Positions 28,796 through 38,689 of a stretch of DNA of 64,000 nucleotides are shown here, piece after piece. Location of the stretch: assembly GCA_002099625.1 (NCBI GenBank), contig GCA_002099625.1_4857.1. The stretch is one strand, 5' to 3'. The position numbers and the translations under genes were made by a program. Under the pieces are notes generated by a model. That model saw nothing but the letters and a program-made list of their open reading frames with translations, searched no databases and was not told the DNA's origin. The stretch's first letter is position 1. The number at the start of each line of letters is the position of its first letter. Source of the stretch: Escherichia coli. Lineage in GTDB: Bacteria > Pseudomonadota > Gammaproteobacteria > Enterobacterales > Enterobacteriaceae.

Positions 28796-28830
28796 GAATA
28801 AAAAAAGAAAACGGGGCCGAAGCCCCGAAT
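28796..28830 (-). terminator. intrinsic terminator after gene 28836-29207
   Basis: hairpin CGGGGC-CGAA-GCCCCG preceded on plus by AAAAAAAGAAAA. Confidence 0.6.
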
Positions 28831-28835
28831 TTCTA

Positions 28836-29207
28836 TTAATGTCCCGTCAGATCTTTCTCCAGCTCCTTTAACGCACGTTCACCTGCCACCTGTTCGCCGG
28901 CTTTGGCGATAATCGCTTTGCGACGACGGATGTTGTCGAGCATCAGGAGTATCTGCCAGCGAGGGCGGTCGAGGAACTCGTCTATCGACATCCGGTAGTT
29001 TTCACCGACCTCTTCACGTAAGTAAGTGGCGTACCAGATATCGTAAAGACTACCGTATACCGGGTTTTCAAAATCCGACAACCCTACCTGATGGTCGCCG
29101 GTATTAAGAGCCAGTGTACGGTCATACGCTTCCAGAAGCTCGTTATGGGCTTCCTGATACGTAATAGGACGTGTGCTACGCTGCTTGAAGAGAGAGGTGG
29201 TATCCAT
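28836..29207 (-). CDS. hypothetical protein
   Basis: 123-aa ORF. Confidence 0.6.
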   Translation of the reverse strand: MDTTSLFKQRSTRPITYQEAHNELLEAYDRTLALNTGDHQVGLSDFENPVYGSLYDIWYATYLREEVGENYRMSIDEFLDRPRWQILLMLDNIRRRKAIIAKAGEQVAGERALKELEKDLTGH

Positions 29208-29251
29208 CTTGAGCGTTGTGATGATTTGCTCGGACGGAACGTCTTCCTGGT

Positions 29252-31222
29252 CTAGCCAATATCGGCGTATTGATCCAGCAAGAATTTCTGAATCTCGGAC
29301 ACCACTCGAGAGAGCACGAAAAAAACCCTGTCCGGTGAGATGGTAACAATACCACGATACAGACCGTCTTTCTCGCCGTGTGTTTTACCGCACGCCGGGC
29401 AGCGTTTACCCATGTAACCGAATACCGCTAAACGTGTACGTTCGTTGTATTCAGCAATTGCGTTTTCAAACTGGCCAACGTAGATACGGTCGGAAGACAG
29501 CTCTTCTAGCATCTCAACGATTTTCGCTGTGTCGGTTTCAGTTTGTGGGATAACCTGCATTTCACCGTTTACTTCACGTTGCTCGTTAACAGTGATAGAT
29601 TTCACCATGTGAGCATAGCGCGTTAAGCGACGGGCTTCCGCAGTTAAACGCATATGGGATTCACGTTCACGCTCGGTAGCAAATTCAGACAGCGCTGCCG
29701 TAGTTGACGCGTTAACATCTTCAATCCACTTCTCAGTGGAGTCAAAGAAGCTACCCAGGGTAGAACGGCCAAATTCAACACGCACGTCGTGGTATTCAAA
29801 TACCGAGGATGGGTCAACCTGATGCGCCGCGATATATTCGCGCTGTTCAGCAATGGAAATCACTGGACGCTCAGTACCGCGTTGACGTGCCCACAGTTGT
29901 TTCTGCAGGTCGCTAAACAGACCGGAACCGAAACGGATACAGCGTGCGATATTCAGCTTCACATCTTCCTGCTGAGTACAACCGTCCTCACCGCACATCA
30001 GCGTCCATGGAATACCAGACGGCCATTTCGCTTGCAGCGGACCCAGAATTACCAGCCAGTAGTCAGCCAGATCAATGGTATCCAACAGCACAGTACGCAG
30101 ATCGTTACCCGCGCAGTCGATGGTTGCTTCAGTAACAAACTGAAGTGCGAATTCAACCATGTGACGCATGTACACACCAGAAGACGACGACAGCATCAAA
30201 CCGTAGGTCTGCATACCGATGGTCGCAGTTTCCAGTGTGAGGCGCATGTCGAAGTCACAAAGGTCACGTTCATGCGGTGCGCGGAAGCCCACGTAGATAC
30301 CTGTGGCCGGCAACCAAACCATATTCGGAATACCCGACTTACGTACACGGCGCAAAGCAGCCAGCGCGCCAGTGTGCATATTGTCACGCGGTGCAATAGC
30401 ACCAGAAGCCTTACCGTCCGGCAACATCACACGCTGTTCCCAAGCGGTGTCGCCACGGTCCAGTGCACCCGCGAATGCTGGTACGCCGTCCTGTAGACGT
30501 GGCGGGGTCATGTTCAAAGCACGATAGATGTCGTCGTATACCTGTTGCTGTTCAGGGCTTTCGAATAGCAGCCGGCCGTCTTTCGGTGAACGTTTAATAT
30601 TACCGAGGAACTTTTGCAGGGAGTCTGCAATGATGTTAGGGTCTTGTTTCAGACCAATCAACATCTTCGACTGTGTCAGAATACGATCAGCTTCGTCTTC
30701 ACCCATTTCGGCAGTTTCAGCTAAATGGGTATTACCGAAGTTAATCTCACGCACCTGTTGTTGTTCCGGAACCTTCGGTGCTGCATCTTCCATTTCTTTT
30801 ACAGCCGGCTGGGCCGGTGCAACCGCTTCCGGAGCTTTTGGCTGCGGAGCAGGTTCTACCGCAGGCGCTTTCTCTACTACCGGTTCCGGGGCACGATGTA
30901 GGTGCTCCTGCACCTGTTCAGCAAAAGTCTGAGGTGCCGGTGGTACAGGCGCAGCAGGTTCAGGCAACGCCTCTTCTACAAACGTCGGACGCTCAAGCTT
31001 AGGCTCAGGACGATGATAGTGTTGGTGATAAACTTCTTCTGCACGGGCAAAAGAAAAATCGGGATTGGCTTGTTTAATAGCCATGATGATTGCATCCGAG
31101 GTCGCGTCATCAGGCACGGTCGGAAGAATCATCTCTTGTTGGGTAGCAGCCGCCACAGGGGCTGGCTGGTCGGGATTAGGGCGACGGGCATTACCCGGAC
31201 GCTGATCTTGGATCTCAGACAT
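29252..31222 (-). CDS. hypothetical protein with Pro/Ala-rich low-complexity N-terminal region
   Basis: 656-aa ORF; residues ~10-170 rich in P/A/E (PAPQPKAPEAVAPAQPAVKEMEDAAPKVPEQ); C-terminal CPACGK motif. Confidence 0.65.
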   Translation of the reverse strand: MSEIQDQRPGNARRPNPDQPAPVAAATQQEMILPTVPDDATSDAIIMAIKQANPDFSFARAEEVYHQHYHRPEPKLERPTFVEEALPEPAAPVPPAPQTFAEQVQEHLHRAPEPVVEKAPAVEPAPQPKAPEAVAPAQPAVKEMEDAAPKVPEQQQVREINFGNTHLAETAEMGEDEADRILTQSKMLIGLKQDPNIIADSLQKFLGNIKRSPKDGRLLFESPEQQQVYDDIYRALNMTPPRLQDGVPAFAGALDRGDTAWEQRVMLPDGKASGAIAPRDNMHTGALAALRRVRKSGIPNMVWLPATGIYVGFRAPHERDLCDFDMRLTLETATIGMQTYGLMLSSSSGVYMRHMVEFALQFVTEATIDCAGNDLRTVLLDTIDLADYWLVILGPLQAKWPSGIPWTLMCGEDGCTQQEDVKLNIARCIRFGSGLFSDLQKQLWARQRGTERPVISIAEQREYIAAHQVDPSSVFEYHDVRVEFGRSTLGSFFDSTEKWIEDVNASTTAALSEFATERERESHMRLTAEARRLTRYAHMVKSITVNEQREVNGEMQVIPQTETDTAKIVEMLEELSSDRIYVGQFENAIAEYNERTRLAVFGYMGKRCPACGKTHGEKDGLYRGIVTISPDRVFFVLSRVVSEIQKFLLDQYADIG

Positions 31223-31835
31223 TAGCCGCTTCCTCGGTTTCTACTACAACGTCGTTGTGATCGACGATGGCGTTTTTAGGGAGTTCTTTCGAATTATTAG
31301 CCAAAGCTTCGGCCAACAGAACTTCGGCTTGTTCCACGGTATGACCGTTATTCAGCGCCTGCTTCACGAACTTCACTTTCGCGTTATACGTGGAGAAGAT
31401 TTCGATACTGGTGCCCTGAATATCCATCGCAAGCATGTTTGCCCGCTGGTCAATCAGGGACAGTTCGGTGTGGTCGACGTGGAACTGGTCTTTGATTTCT
31501 TTCCACGTTTTGCTGTTATCGTTCAGCATGTCAAACACCGGCACCGCCTTAGCGTCTGCCTCAACAATCAGTTTACCGAACAGCTCTTTGCCCTGTTGGC
31601 ACATGCCAAGGAAAGCCGCCTGTGCTTCATCCAGCGCTTTCAATGTGAAAGCTTTCAGCTCTTCGTGCGCAATGGCTTCAGTTACTTCACGCTCCCGATC
31701 GATTTTGCCTGACAGGAATTCGGTACTTTCGATAAACACAGCTTGTTTTTTCAACACAGACTGCATCATCGCCTTGACGAAATCGCGTGCGTCTTTACGT
31801 GGGTTATAAGCGGGTTTCTTTTTGCGACGACTCAT
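31215..31835 (-). CDS. hypothetical basic protein
   Basis: track ORF 31215-31877; probable start at internal ATG (MSRRKKKPAYN...) with AAGGA SD. Confidence 0.6.
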   Translation of the reverse strand: MSRRKKKPAYNPRKDARDFVKAMMQSVLKKQAVFIESTEFLSGKIDREREVTEAIAHEELKAFTLKALDEAQAAFLGMCQQGKELFGKLIVEADAKAVPVFDMLNDNSKTWKEIKDQFHVDHTELSLIDQRANMLAMDIQGTSIEIFSTYNAKVKFVKQALNNGHTVEQAEVLLAEALANNSKELPKNAIVDHNDVVVETEEAANV

Positions 31836-31862
31836 CGTAATAATCCTTTTGAAATTAGGGGT

Positions 31863-31887
31863 TGGGTGTATACACAATATACACCCA
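31863..31887. repeat. perfect 10-bp inverted repeat (palindrome)
   Basis: TGGGTGTATA-CACAA-TATACACCCA between two minus-strand genes, without a convincing U-tract. Confidence 0.5.
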
Positions 31888-31895
31888 AAACGTGA

Positions 31896-32279
31896 TTAAC
31901 TTGCATCGTGTGGAACAGTCACCCAATCGTGCCATTTTTCAGAGTAAAGCCGATAAGCCATCTTTGGATTCTGATCGACGCTACCGGCCGGGTTCTCATT
32001 CCACAACACGTACGTATATAACTCGTACGACGAAGTGTTACGGATACTTGACGTGCGGGTGACGTAGTACGTCAACCCGCGTTGGTTAAGGAACAGGCCG
32101 CTGTAATGTTCAGTGACCATGTAGTAGTGAAACGCCTGGTTGATAGTGGCGTCGGTGCAGAGTTTCTTAGCGACGTCTTCTACGCCGGGATACGCCTTTA
32201 GAATGTTTTCGAGAAAACTTGCTAAAGTCATTCCGATGTAGGGTGGCAGCGGCTCTGCTGGACGCGGCGGAGTGAGCAT
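31896..32279 (-). CDS. hypothetical protein
   Basis: 127-aa ORF; overlaps the 3' end of the helicase gene, true start uncertain. Confidence 0.45.
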   Translation of the reverse strand: MLTPPRPAEPLPPYIGMTLASFLENILKAYPGVEDVAKKLCTDATINQAFHYYMVTEHYSGLFLNQRGLTYYVTRTSSIRNTSSYELYTYVLWNENPAGSVDQNPKMAYRLYSEKWHDWVTVPHDAS

Positions 32280-33930
32280 GTGATTTCCTTACAACGTAGG
32301 GGGATGTCGCGATACGGAACGACAATACGACATCCTTGAGTGATTTCTGGCGGGCATTCAGGTAATTGCAATGCTTCGGTACGTTATACGCATGGAATAA
32401 CCACACCGTTGGGTCTATTTCACCCCATTCGTTGTGGAGAATCTTACGTGGACGACCGGCCATCTGTTCGTTCAGTTGCTGGTCTTCTACCGGGGTTGAA
32501 ATGTACATGTGTACCAACCCAGGTTTATCGACCGCAGTCCCCGCTTTCCCCGGTGTGGAGATAGAGAAGTCTGCTTGGATAAAGTCGTCATACGAATCGC
32601 CTGCATTATATTTCGCCACCATCAACGGATGGAATACAGGGTCACGCGATAACTTATCTTTCACATACTCGGTAAAGAACTCACACATCGCTACCGTAGC
32701 AAAGAGTATCAAACATTTTTGGCCAGGTTGATACCGTTTAAGGAACGATTTCTCAACCACATCCCAGATCATGTTCGCGTATTCTAAATGCAAGTTCTCT
32801 TTAATCAGCTTCCCTTCGAAGAGTTTGTGGTTATACGGCGTCATCTTCGACGCCCACCACGCAAACTTCTTATCATCCAGTCGATAGTACAACGCCTTCA
32901 CGTCAACCACCGGAATGATTGGAATACTGATTCGGTACTCCATTGGGAAACGTTCTAAATACCGCTCCGCGATAAAGGCTTTACTGCTACCCGGCTTAAG
33001 GGTTGCAGACATCTCTATCGATGCCGGAGGGTTCAACATTATACCAGCCATGTAAACGAGGTGAAAATGCTCGTGCACCTCATCCATCGCCACCAGACCC
33101 ACACCCAGAACATCATAAAACGTATCCAGGTCCACAGGGTTAGTCGCAGCAGTGTTAATGTACTCCTTCAGGAAACGCTGTAGAGAGACCGTGGGGAGGA
33201 TTATTACCTTAATACCACGACTATCTAACTCTCCCGACTTACCCATCTCCAGCGCGTCGTAAATCGCCTGTACGCCTGTACAAACTAACACCTCGTCACG
33301 AAGTATACGAAGTCCTGTTTCATCATCACAGACGTCAAACAGCCATTTGGGAACGTACGACGGACGGTGAATCAATGCGGTACGGGTTCCCCGTTTAACC
33401 ATCGACTTCATACACGACTTCGTCTTCCCACGACCTGTCTGAATGGCGAAGATTGTCTGTGGTCGGTTTGGATCGGACGCTGCATCCACAACCTCGTTCT
33501 GATAGTAGAAACGCGACTCCGGATCGCTTTCTACCATCGAGAAGCCGTAGTTATCAAATGTACAGCAGTAAGGTGTTCCTCGCTCAGGATGGTGCTCTGT
33601 CAGCTTGTACTGAAAAGCATATTCAATTGCTGCTCGTTGGAGGATATGTTTAATCTTCTCAGCGAACACTTTATGGAAAATGAACGTCCTTAAAGACGGA
33701 ATGTGGGCGTAGTACGCGTCACCGCGTTCCGTAGTTATTCGTCCATGTTGCTTGCCCATCTTTGGGGCGTGCATATTCTCTTCGGCCCACGCGAGTATGG
33801 CCCTTTCAGCCTGGCGGATAGGGACTTCAACCCGTACCCCCATACTCGTGTAAGTCATTTGAATTTCTACCATGCTGCCCCTCTTCGCACAAAAAAAGAG
33901 GGGCGCAAGGCCCCTCGGTTTACAACTCAA
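32167..33930 (-). CDS. SF2 (DEAH-type) helicase
   Basis: 587 aa; Walker A-like IQTGRGKTKS, motif II VAMDEVHEHFH, motif III-like MSATLKP. Confidence 0.7.
   Translation of the reverse strand: MSCKPRGLAPLFFCAKRGSMVEIQMTYTSMGVRVEVPIRQAERAILAWAEENMHAPKMGKQHGRITTERGDAYYAHIPSLRTFIFHKVFAEKIKHILQRAAIEYAFQYKLTEHHPERGTPYCCTFDNYGFSMVESDPESRFYYQNEVVDAASDPNRPQTIFAIQTGRGKTKSCMKSMVKRGTRTALIHRPSYVPKWLFDVCDDETGLRILRDEVLVCTGVQAIYDALEMGKSGELDSRGIKVIILPTVSLQRFLKEYINTAATNPVDLDTFYDVLGVGLVAMDEVHEHFHLVYMAGIMLNPPASIEMSATLKPGSSKAFIAERYLERFPMEYRISIPIIPVVDVKALYYRLDDKKFAWWASKMTPYNHKLFEGKLIKENLHLEYANMIWDVVEKSFLKRYQPGQKCLILFATVAMCEFFTEYVKDKLSRDPVFHPLMVAKYNAGDSYDDFIQADFSISTPGKAGTAVDKPGLVHMYISTPVEDQQLNEQMAGRPRKILHNEWGEIDPTVWLFHAYNVPKHCNYLNARQKSLKDVVLSFRIATSPYVVRKSHAHSAASSRAAATLHRNDFSKFSRKHSKGVSRRRRRR
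33888..33920 (-). terminator. intrinsic terminator after the beta'-C gene
   Basis: hairpin GAGGGGC-GCAA-GGCCCCTC preceded on plus by ACAAAAAAAG. Confidence 0.55.
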
Positions 33931-36025
33931 TTACCACAGCGGCTCCTAGGTCATCGTACAACGATGCCGGGATTTTGTACTCGGTATAAAAACCAACGCG
34001 ATCGATATTCCCCTGCTGTCCTTCAAACAACAACATCGGAATTGCCGAGCGCAAACTAATGAGCGTGTTGTGATCGACAAACCGTTTCCCGGTGGCATTA
34101 GTAGAATCCTCACTGTCAAATCCTACTGCCGGGAACGGATTGGTTGGCGACTCTACACGAGATATCGCCAACATAATCGCAATATGCGTCATCGGTATAC
34201 CACTCAGCTTACGCTGGATATACTTAAACGTGTCCATCAACGCATAAGTACACTGTTTCTCTGTAGCACCACCCATCTCAACCAACGTCACTGGTTTCAC
34301 ACGACCTTGTTTCTTGTTCAGCTTCACAGTCGATGCCGTGTTGATGATTTCCACAATGTCTTCGTTCTTATCGGCAGCAATCGAACGGAGCTTGGTTTCT
34401 AAGCCGGCTACGAACTCTGCCATCGATTCAGAACGGTTGGTGTAGACCAGGACCGGGTGTTTCGGGTTCCATCCTTTTAAGGGGATTTCTACTGTCTTCT
34501 TCTCGATACGAATGTTCGCTCGTTGTTTCAAGAAGTAGTGCAGGAACGGTTTAGAGAAGTTCCCACAAACACCCATTCGCACATCGATAGAATCCGCAGC
34601 GATTATCTGCCCATCTTCTAAACGACGTTGGAAAGTTAAGTCGGTGATTTCTGGTAATGCCGTTTCATCAATTGCATCGAGATCTTCATGATACGCAATC
34701 TGGCTCAGCTCCGAATAAATTTTGTCGGTAACAACCAACTCGTATTCTGACCAATTCCCACGCTGTGGTTTTGGCAGCAAGCACAACCCTTTCAGAGAGT
34801 TATGTTTGTATTCGGTCATATACTCACGCATACGTGGGGTGAGTACCAGGTTGAGCAGATAACGCAAGAAGTCAAGGTGCTTGGTAGAGAGAATTCCCTG
34901 TGTACCCTTTTCCGAGATGGACGTGGACGCCAGGTGACCTGGTGACGTACCTTCAGAGAGGTTATAAATCAAATCCCCCATACAGGTCGCACAGATGGAC
35001 TGATTCGCCATCTCTTTACAGGTCATGGCACTACGGAAGACCAGCGGTTTGCCAACCAGGTCTGCGTATCCACCTTTCTCAAATCTCAACCACGGACCAT
35101 TATCGCCTTCTAAACGATAACGCATCCCCACCATCGCTTTATAGGCACGCTCATCCAGCTGCGTATCCTTAAACGTGTAGCGGTGTGCGTGAGTTGTACC
35201 GCAGTCGTCGTACGTGAAATACATCAGTACGTTTGCTGCCAACTGCAGTTTACGTGAGGCGTATTCTGCTTCGGCAATCTTGTCAGTGTTGTACAAGTGG
35301 GAACGTGAAGTTGCACCGGATTCTTTCAAACGCGAAATAACCGAGTGCATTCCGGTAAAGAAGCCTTCCCACACCTGATTGGTGTATACACGTGAGTCAA
35401 TTTCTGACGTTTTACCACGCACGAAGGCTTGCAGTACCTGGTTCATCTTCACAGTACCGTCCAGTACCGACATCACGACCGGGTTATACCGTAGCGCAGG
35501 GTCTTTGAAGATTTTCTCGATAAGCTTGTACGCTTCTTCAACCATATCCTGACCATCTTCATCGTAGCCAGTAGGGTATTGCACTTCCCACTGACGGATG
35601 AGTTCGAAGTTCGGGTGGTCGTAGATCTCCATCATCGTATCAAAGTCGATTGTCGTACAATAGGACAGCAAGTTCTTCACTGTCATGTTGAACGCATCGG
35701 CGTAGACATGTTGACTCAGGATATAACGCGTTTCAGCAAGGTCGACACCTGCTTTACGGGCCAGTACCGCTGCTTCCGACATAAAGTCCAGATGCAGGTC
35801 ATCTGTTGCTACCTGACCTGGACGATACGCCATGGTCGATGGAGTGGGCACCTGCGGATACAGACGCGACACACCCCAATACGGCCAGCTGAGTTTGATG
35901 TGGCGACTAGACATTTCCAACGACTTACCATCGTCGAATGTCACGTAATAACGCCCGCGTAGTTTCCACACCTGATCAGAGTTAAGCATACGCAAATCAC
36001 GTACGTGTACAGAACGACCCGCCAT
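33920..36025 (-). CDS. multisubunit RNA polymerase beta'-like subunit, C-terminal fragment
   Basis: 701 aa; RSAMTCKEMANQSICATCMGDLIYNLSEGTSPGHLASTSISEKGTQGILSTKHL resembles the bacterial beta' segment RSV.TC...GVCA.CYG.DL...SIGEPGTQLTMRTFH; no DFDGD motif, so not the N-terminal half. Confidence 0.65.
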   Translation of the reverse strand: MAGRSVHVRDLRMLNSDQVWKLRGRYYVTFDDGKSLEMSSRHIKLSWPYWGVSRLYPQVPTPSTMAYRPGQVATDDLHLDFMSEAAVLARKAGVDLAETRYILSQHVYADAFNMTVKNLLSYCTTIDFDTMMEIYDHPNFELIRQWEVQYPTGYDEDGQDMVEEAYKLIEKIFKDPALRYNPVVMSVLDGTVKMNQVLQAFVRGKTSEIDSRVYTNQVWEGFFTGMHSVISRLKESGATSRSHLYNTDKIAEAEYASRKLQLAANVLMYFTYDDCGTTHAHRYTFKDTQLDERAYKAMVGMRYRLEGDNGPWLRFEKGGYADLVGKPLVFRSAMTCKEMANQSICATCMGDLIYNLSEGTSPGHLASTSISEKGTQGILSTKHLDFLRYLLNLVLTPRMREYMTEYKHNSLKGLCLLPKPQRGNWSEYELVVTDKIYSELSQIAYHEDLDAIDETALPEITDLTFQRRLEDGQIIAADSIDVRMGVCGNFSKPFLHYFLKQRANIRIEKKTVEIPLKGWNPKHPVLVYTNRSESMAEFVAGLETKLRSIAADKNEDIVEIINTASTVKLNKKQGRVKPVTLVEMGGATEKQCTYALMDTFKYIQRKLSGIPMTHIAIMLAISRVESPTNPFPAVGFDSEDSTNATGKRFVDHNTLISLRSAIPMLLFEGQQGNIDRVGFYTEYKIPASLYDDLGAAVVIEL

Positions 36026-38262
36026 TATTTATCCTCCCGAATTGGACGCACTAATTCAAAACCTTCACAGCGATGGATGTTACGTATCATCCTGTCAATC
36101 TGCGAATCACCCATTGGTAGTTTCTTACGATCGACCAGCACCCCTGGATTGGTTGGTGTTGGCGAGTTATACAGCCCCGTTACGATCGCACGGTGTACCG
36201 CTGGGTTATTAGCGCGGTCATGAGTTTCGGGGAAGTTGCCCGGACCAAAGCCGTCGGTAAGACGCTGCTCGGAAGGACCACCCCACTTCAACCCTTTCAG
36301 GTTAATCGGATATGAACCACGTCCTTGGTTGGATGCATCAATACAACCCAAATAGTTCGTGTACATCGACGAGATACTGGAGAACTCACGACCGGTTTTA
36401 TCCAGGCGCAGAGTCTCTACCATGCCGACGTAGAACTGGTTCTTCGTCCACTCTTTCTCACCCTGATAGTTAGTAATCAGTAGCTTAGACTTGCGTGGTG
36501 CATACTCGCCTAGAGCACGGCAGATTTCTACCTGGGTGGCATTCAATTCGTGGGGAAGCCAGATACGAATCGTGAAGTCGTAAATCTCTTTAAAGAGTTC
36601 CAGACGTGACCCAGTATCCGGGTGACTGGCATTGAGATAGAATGTCCAGCGTGGGTTATAGCGATCGATATAGTCCATCAGGATTTCCCAGGCTTCATCA
36701 ACCTGGTTGGCGGCAAGTAATGGTTTCAACCGCATCTTCAACTGCTCGGATGCAGCAGACCAATACATGTGGAACAGCGCAGCATAAGTCGAACGACGAA
36801 TTACGGCGTTCATGGAACGAATGACATGCACACGTTCTCCGAACTCGTTAATCGGCATTTCTTCATCAGGCCGCACTGCGCCCACGATACCTTTTGTACC
36901 TGAACGGTCGGTGATTTTCGATGAGACGGTAACTGGGATTGGATAACGTACCACGATGCGTATCGTGTAACTACCAATTGGGTCCCAGAGACCACGCTGA
37001 ACCGGCTGCGCCAGTTTGTTCAACACGTTCTTATCAGCAGAACGGTTATACTCGCCTTTGCGCATGGCTTCATCGTATTCACGACCAATCTCTTCACGGA
37101 AGTCGTTATAGACTTCATACGTCTCAGAACAGAACGCCTTGTCGAGAATCTCAAACGCTTTCGGTGACCAGACAATATTCTTGTCCTTGGACATCGCAAA
37201 ATAGAACCGCACGATATCATTGTAAAAACGTTTCAAAGCGTTCGCGTAGTGATCTAACTCGCGTTTGTTCTCTTCGGTACATGCGATATTGTTAACACCA
37301 CGATCGCATTTGGTTTCGTCCCGCCATACCTGAATATCAACGACACGAGAACCAGTACGTTCCATCTTTTCAAAGTCGCCAGCCTGACGCGCTTTGTAAT
37401 GCTCAGGGTCGGCATCAACATACTCACAACGGTCGAAGTGCGGAGAGATATGTTGTGTTTCGCCCACGTGTGAGTCAATAGCCGCCCACAGCTTATCGAA
37501 ACGACGCGCGGCTATAACCAACCCATCATCGCGAATTGCCTGTCCTTTATTGGGCAGGTACTGTGGTCGACGAACGCCATCAATACCCGTTGTCCCATAC
37601 GTATCAAGCAGGTACTCGTCGTCGCGCAAGGTAAAGTCGATTGCACGCAAACCATAAGCGTGCATCGCCTTCGCTGCAGTTTCGGAGATGGTGTACGAGT
37701 CCTCGATAATGTCCGGGTGCGACATTGTCACAGTGTGCAGGTTGACCCCATCGACAAACTCACCGTCTTTCTGTGCCGGCAGCACGGTAAGCATTTCATC
37801 TTTTTCCAGGTGCTGAGTCTGCCCGCGCAGCAACGCCTGAAGTTTCCCAGTAGCCTCTTTCTTAGACGAGAAAATGTTATCGTGGTTGGTGTAATACTTG
37901 ATATCGATTACATCAATCATCACTTTGCGCTGGTTGGTTAAATCTGCGCGCGTGAAGAAGATAACATGTTGGAGCGGATCGTGATCCCCTTCACGACCAT
38001 AGCGTGCAAAAACAGCTGCACGAGTAACACCTTCTTTGGTTGTGTAACTGCACACGGTACCACTATCTTCCACGATATCGTTAAAACAATAATCGTGGTA
38101 GTTCACATCAGCGCCGGTAAAATGGATAGTCGGGTCTGGATTGTCCAGTGGTACCGCCGACTTCATATGTCCACCCACCATTGAGGCACGTGCCCCAGAT
38201 ACGCCAGTGATATTCACCTCACGGTCAGCAACGCTTGACATGAGTTCGACTGGTGTTTTCAT
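36025..38262 (-). CDS. multisubunit RNA polymerase beta-like subunit (C-terminal two-thirds)
   Basis: 745 aa; DRSGTKGIVGAVRPDEEMPINEFGERVHVI resembles the bacterial beta active-site segment GRHGNKGVISKI.PIEDMP; start overlaps the stop of the beta'-C gene. Confidence 0.65.
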   Translation of the reverse strand: MKTPVELMSSVADREVNITGVSGARASMVGGHMKSAVPLDNPDPTIHFTGADVNYHDYCFNDIVEDSGTVCSYTTKEGVTRAAVFARYGREGDHDPLQHVIFFTRADLTNQRKVMIDVIDIKYYTNHDNIFSSKKEATGKLQALLRGQTQHLEKDEMLTVLPAQKDGEFVDGVNLHTVTMSHPDIIEDSYTISETAAKAMHAYGLRAIDFTLRDDEYLLDTYGTTGIDGVRRPQYLPNKGQAIRDDGLVIAARRFDKLWAAIDSHVGETQHISPHFDRCEYVDADPEHYKARQAGDFEKMERTGSRVVDIQVWRDETKCDRGVNNIACTEENKRELDHYANALKRFYNDIVRFYFAMSKDKNIVWSPKAFEILDKAFCSETYEVYNDFREEIGREYDEAMRKGEYNRSADKNVLNKLAQPVQRGLWDPIGSYTIRIVVRYPIPVTVSSKITDRSGTKGIVGAVRPDEEMPINEFGERVHVIRSMNAVIRRSTYAALFHMYWSAASEQLKMRLKPLLAANQVDEAWEILMDYIDRYNPRWTFYLNASHPDTGSRLELFKEIYDFTIRIWLPHELNATQVEICRALGEYAPRKSKLLITNYQGEKEWTKNQFYVGMVETLRLDKTGREFSSISSMYTNYLGCIDASNQGRGSYPINLKGLKWGGPSEQRLTDGFGPGNFPETHDRANNPAVHRAIVTGLYNSPTPTNPGVLVDRKKLPMGDSQIDRMIRNIHRCEGFELVRPIREDK

Positions 38263-38292
38263 TCGTAAATGCTCCTTTTGGTTACCTCGGTA

Positions 38293-38307
38293 AGATAATA
38301 TCTATCT
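38293..38307 (-). promoter_or_regulatory. conserved promoter-like element (short form) upstream of the RNAP beta-like gene
   Basis: plus-strand AGATAATATCTATCT ~35 nt upstream of the minus-strand start at 38262; also ~20 nt upstream of the plus-strand gene at 38329. Confidence 0.5.
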
Positions 38308-38328
38308 GTTTTATTTTAAGGAGAGACG

Positions 38329-38652
38329 ATGCTAGATAAATTTGCTACCTTATCCGAAATAATACCTTCGCCTGATTCGACCAAGTATAAGGTGTTGCAT
38401 GACTATACAGACTTCCTTCGCAAACACCCAGATACTACAGAAGAAGTTGTTGACCCAAAATATGCCTACCCAGAGGTACACAGTTTCTACGCGTACTGTC
38501 GTCTCAAACAGTACGATAATAGTATTATTTATCCGATGATGTTAATGAACGGAATTTCTACTCCGTTTGATTTCACGCCAGAGATAAGGACCTTATTGGT
38601 TCCTAGTGTCGGTGTGGTAAGTAACATCTTATCGACTATCGTAGAATCTTGA
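38329..38652 (+). CDS. hypothetical protein
   Basis: 107-aa ORF with AAGGAG SD, followed by a terminator. Confidence 0.6.
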   Translation: MLDKFATLSEIIPSPDSTKYKVLHDYTDFLRKHPDTTEEVVDPKYAYPEVHSFYAYCRLKQYDNSIIYPMMLMNGISTPFDFTPEIRTLLVPSVGVVSNILSTIVES

Positions 38653-38685
38653 AAAAAAGAAGGGACGCCCAGTCCCTTCTTTCTA
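38650..38685. terminator. bidirectional intrinsic terminator
   Basis: hairpin GAAGGGAC-GCCCA-GTCCCTTC with A-tract on one side and T-tract on the other. Confidence 0.6.
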
Positions 38686-38689
38686 ACGC

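Noticed and set aside
36025-38262. Initial impression of a ribonucleotide reductase large subunit
   Set aside because: No RNR catalytic or glycyl-radical motifs; instead it contains the RNAP beta-type GTKGIVG...EEMP segment and is coupled to a beta'-like gene.
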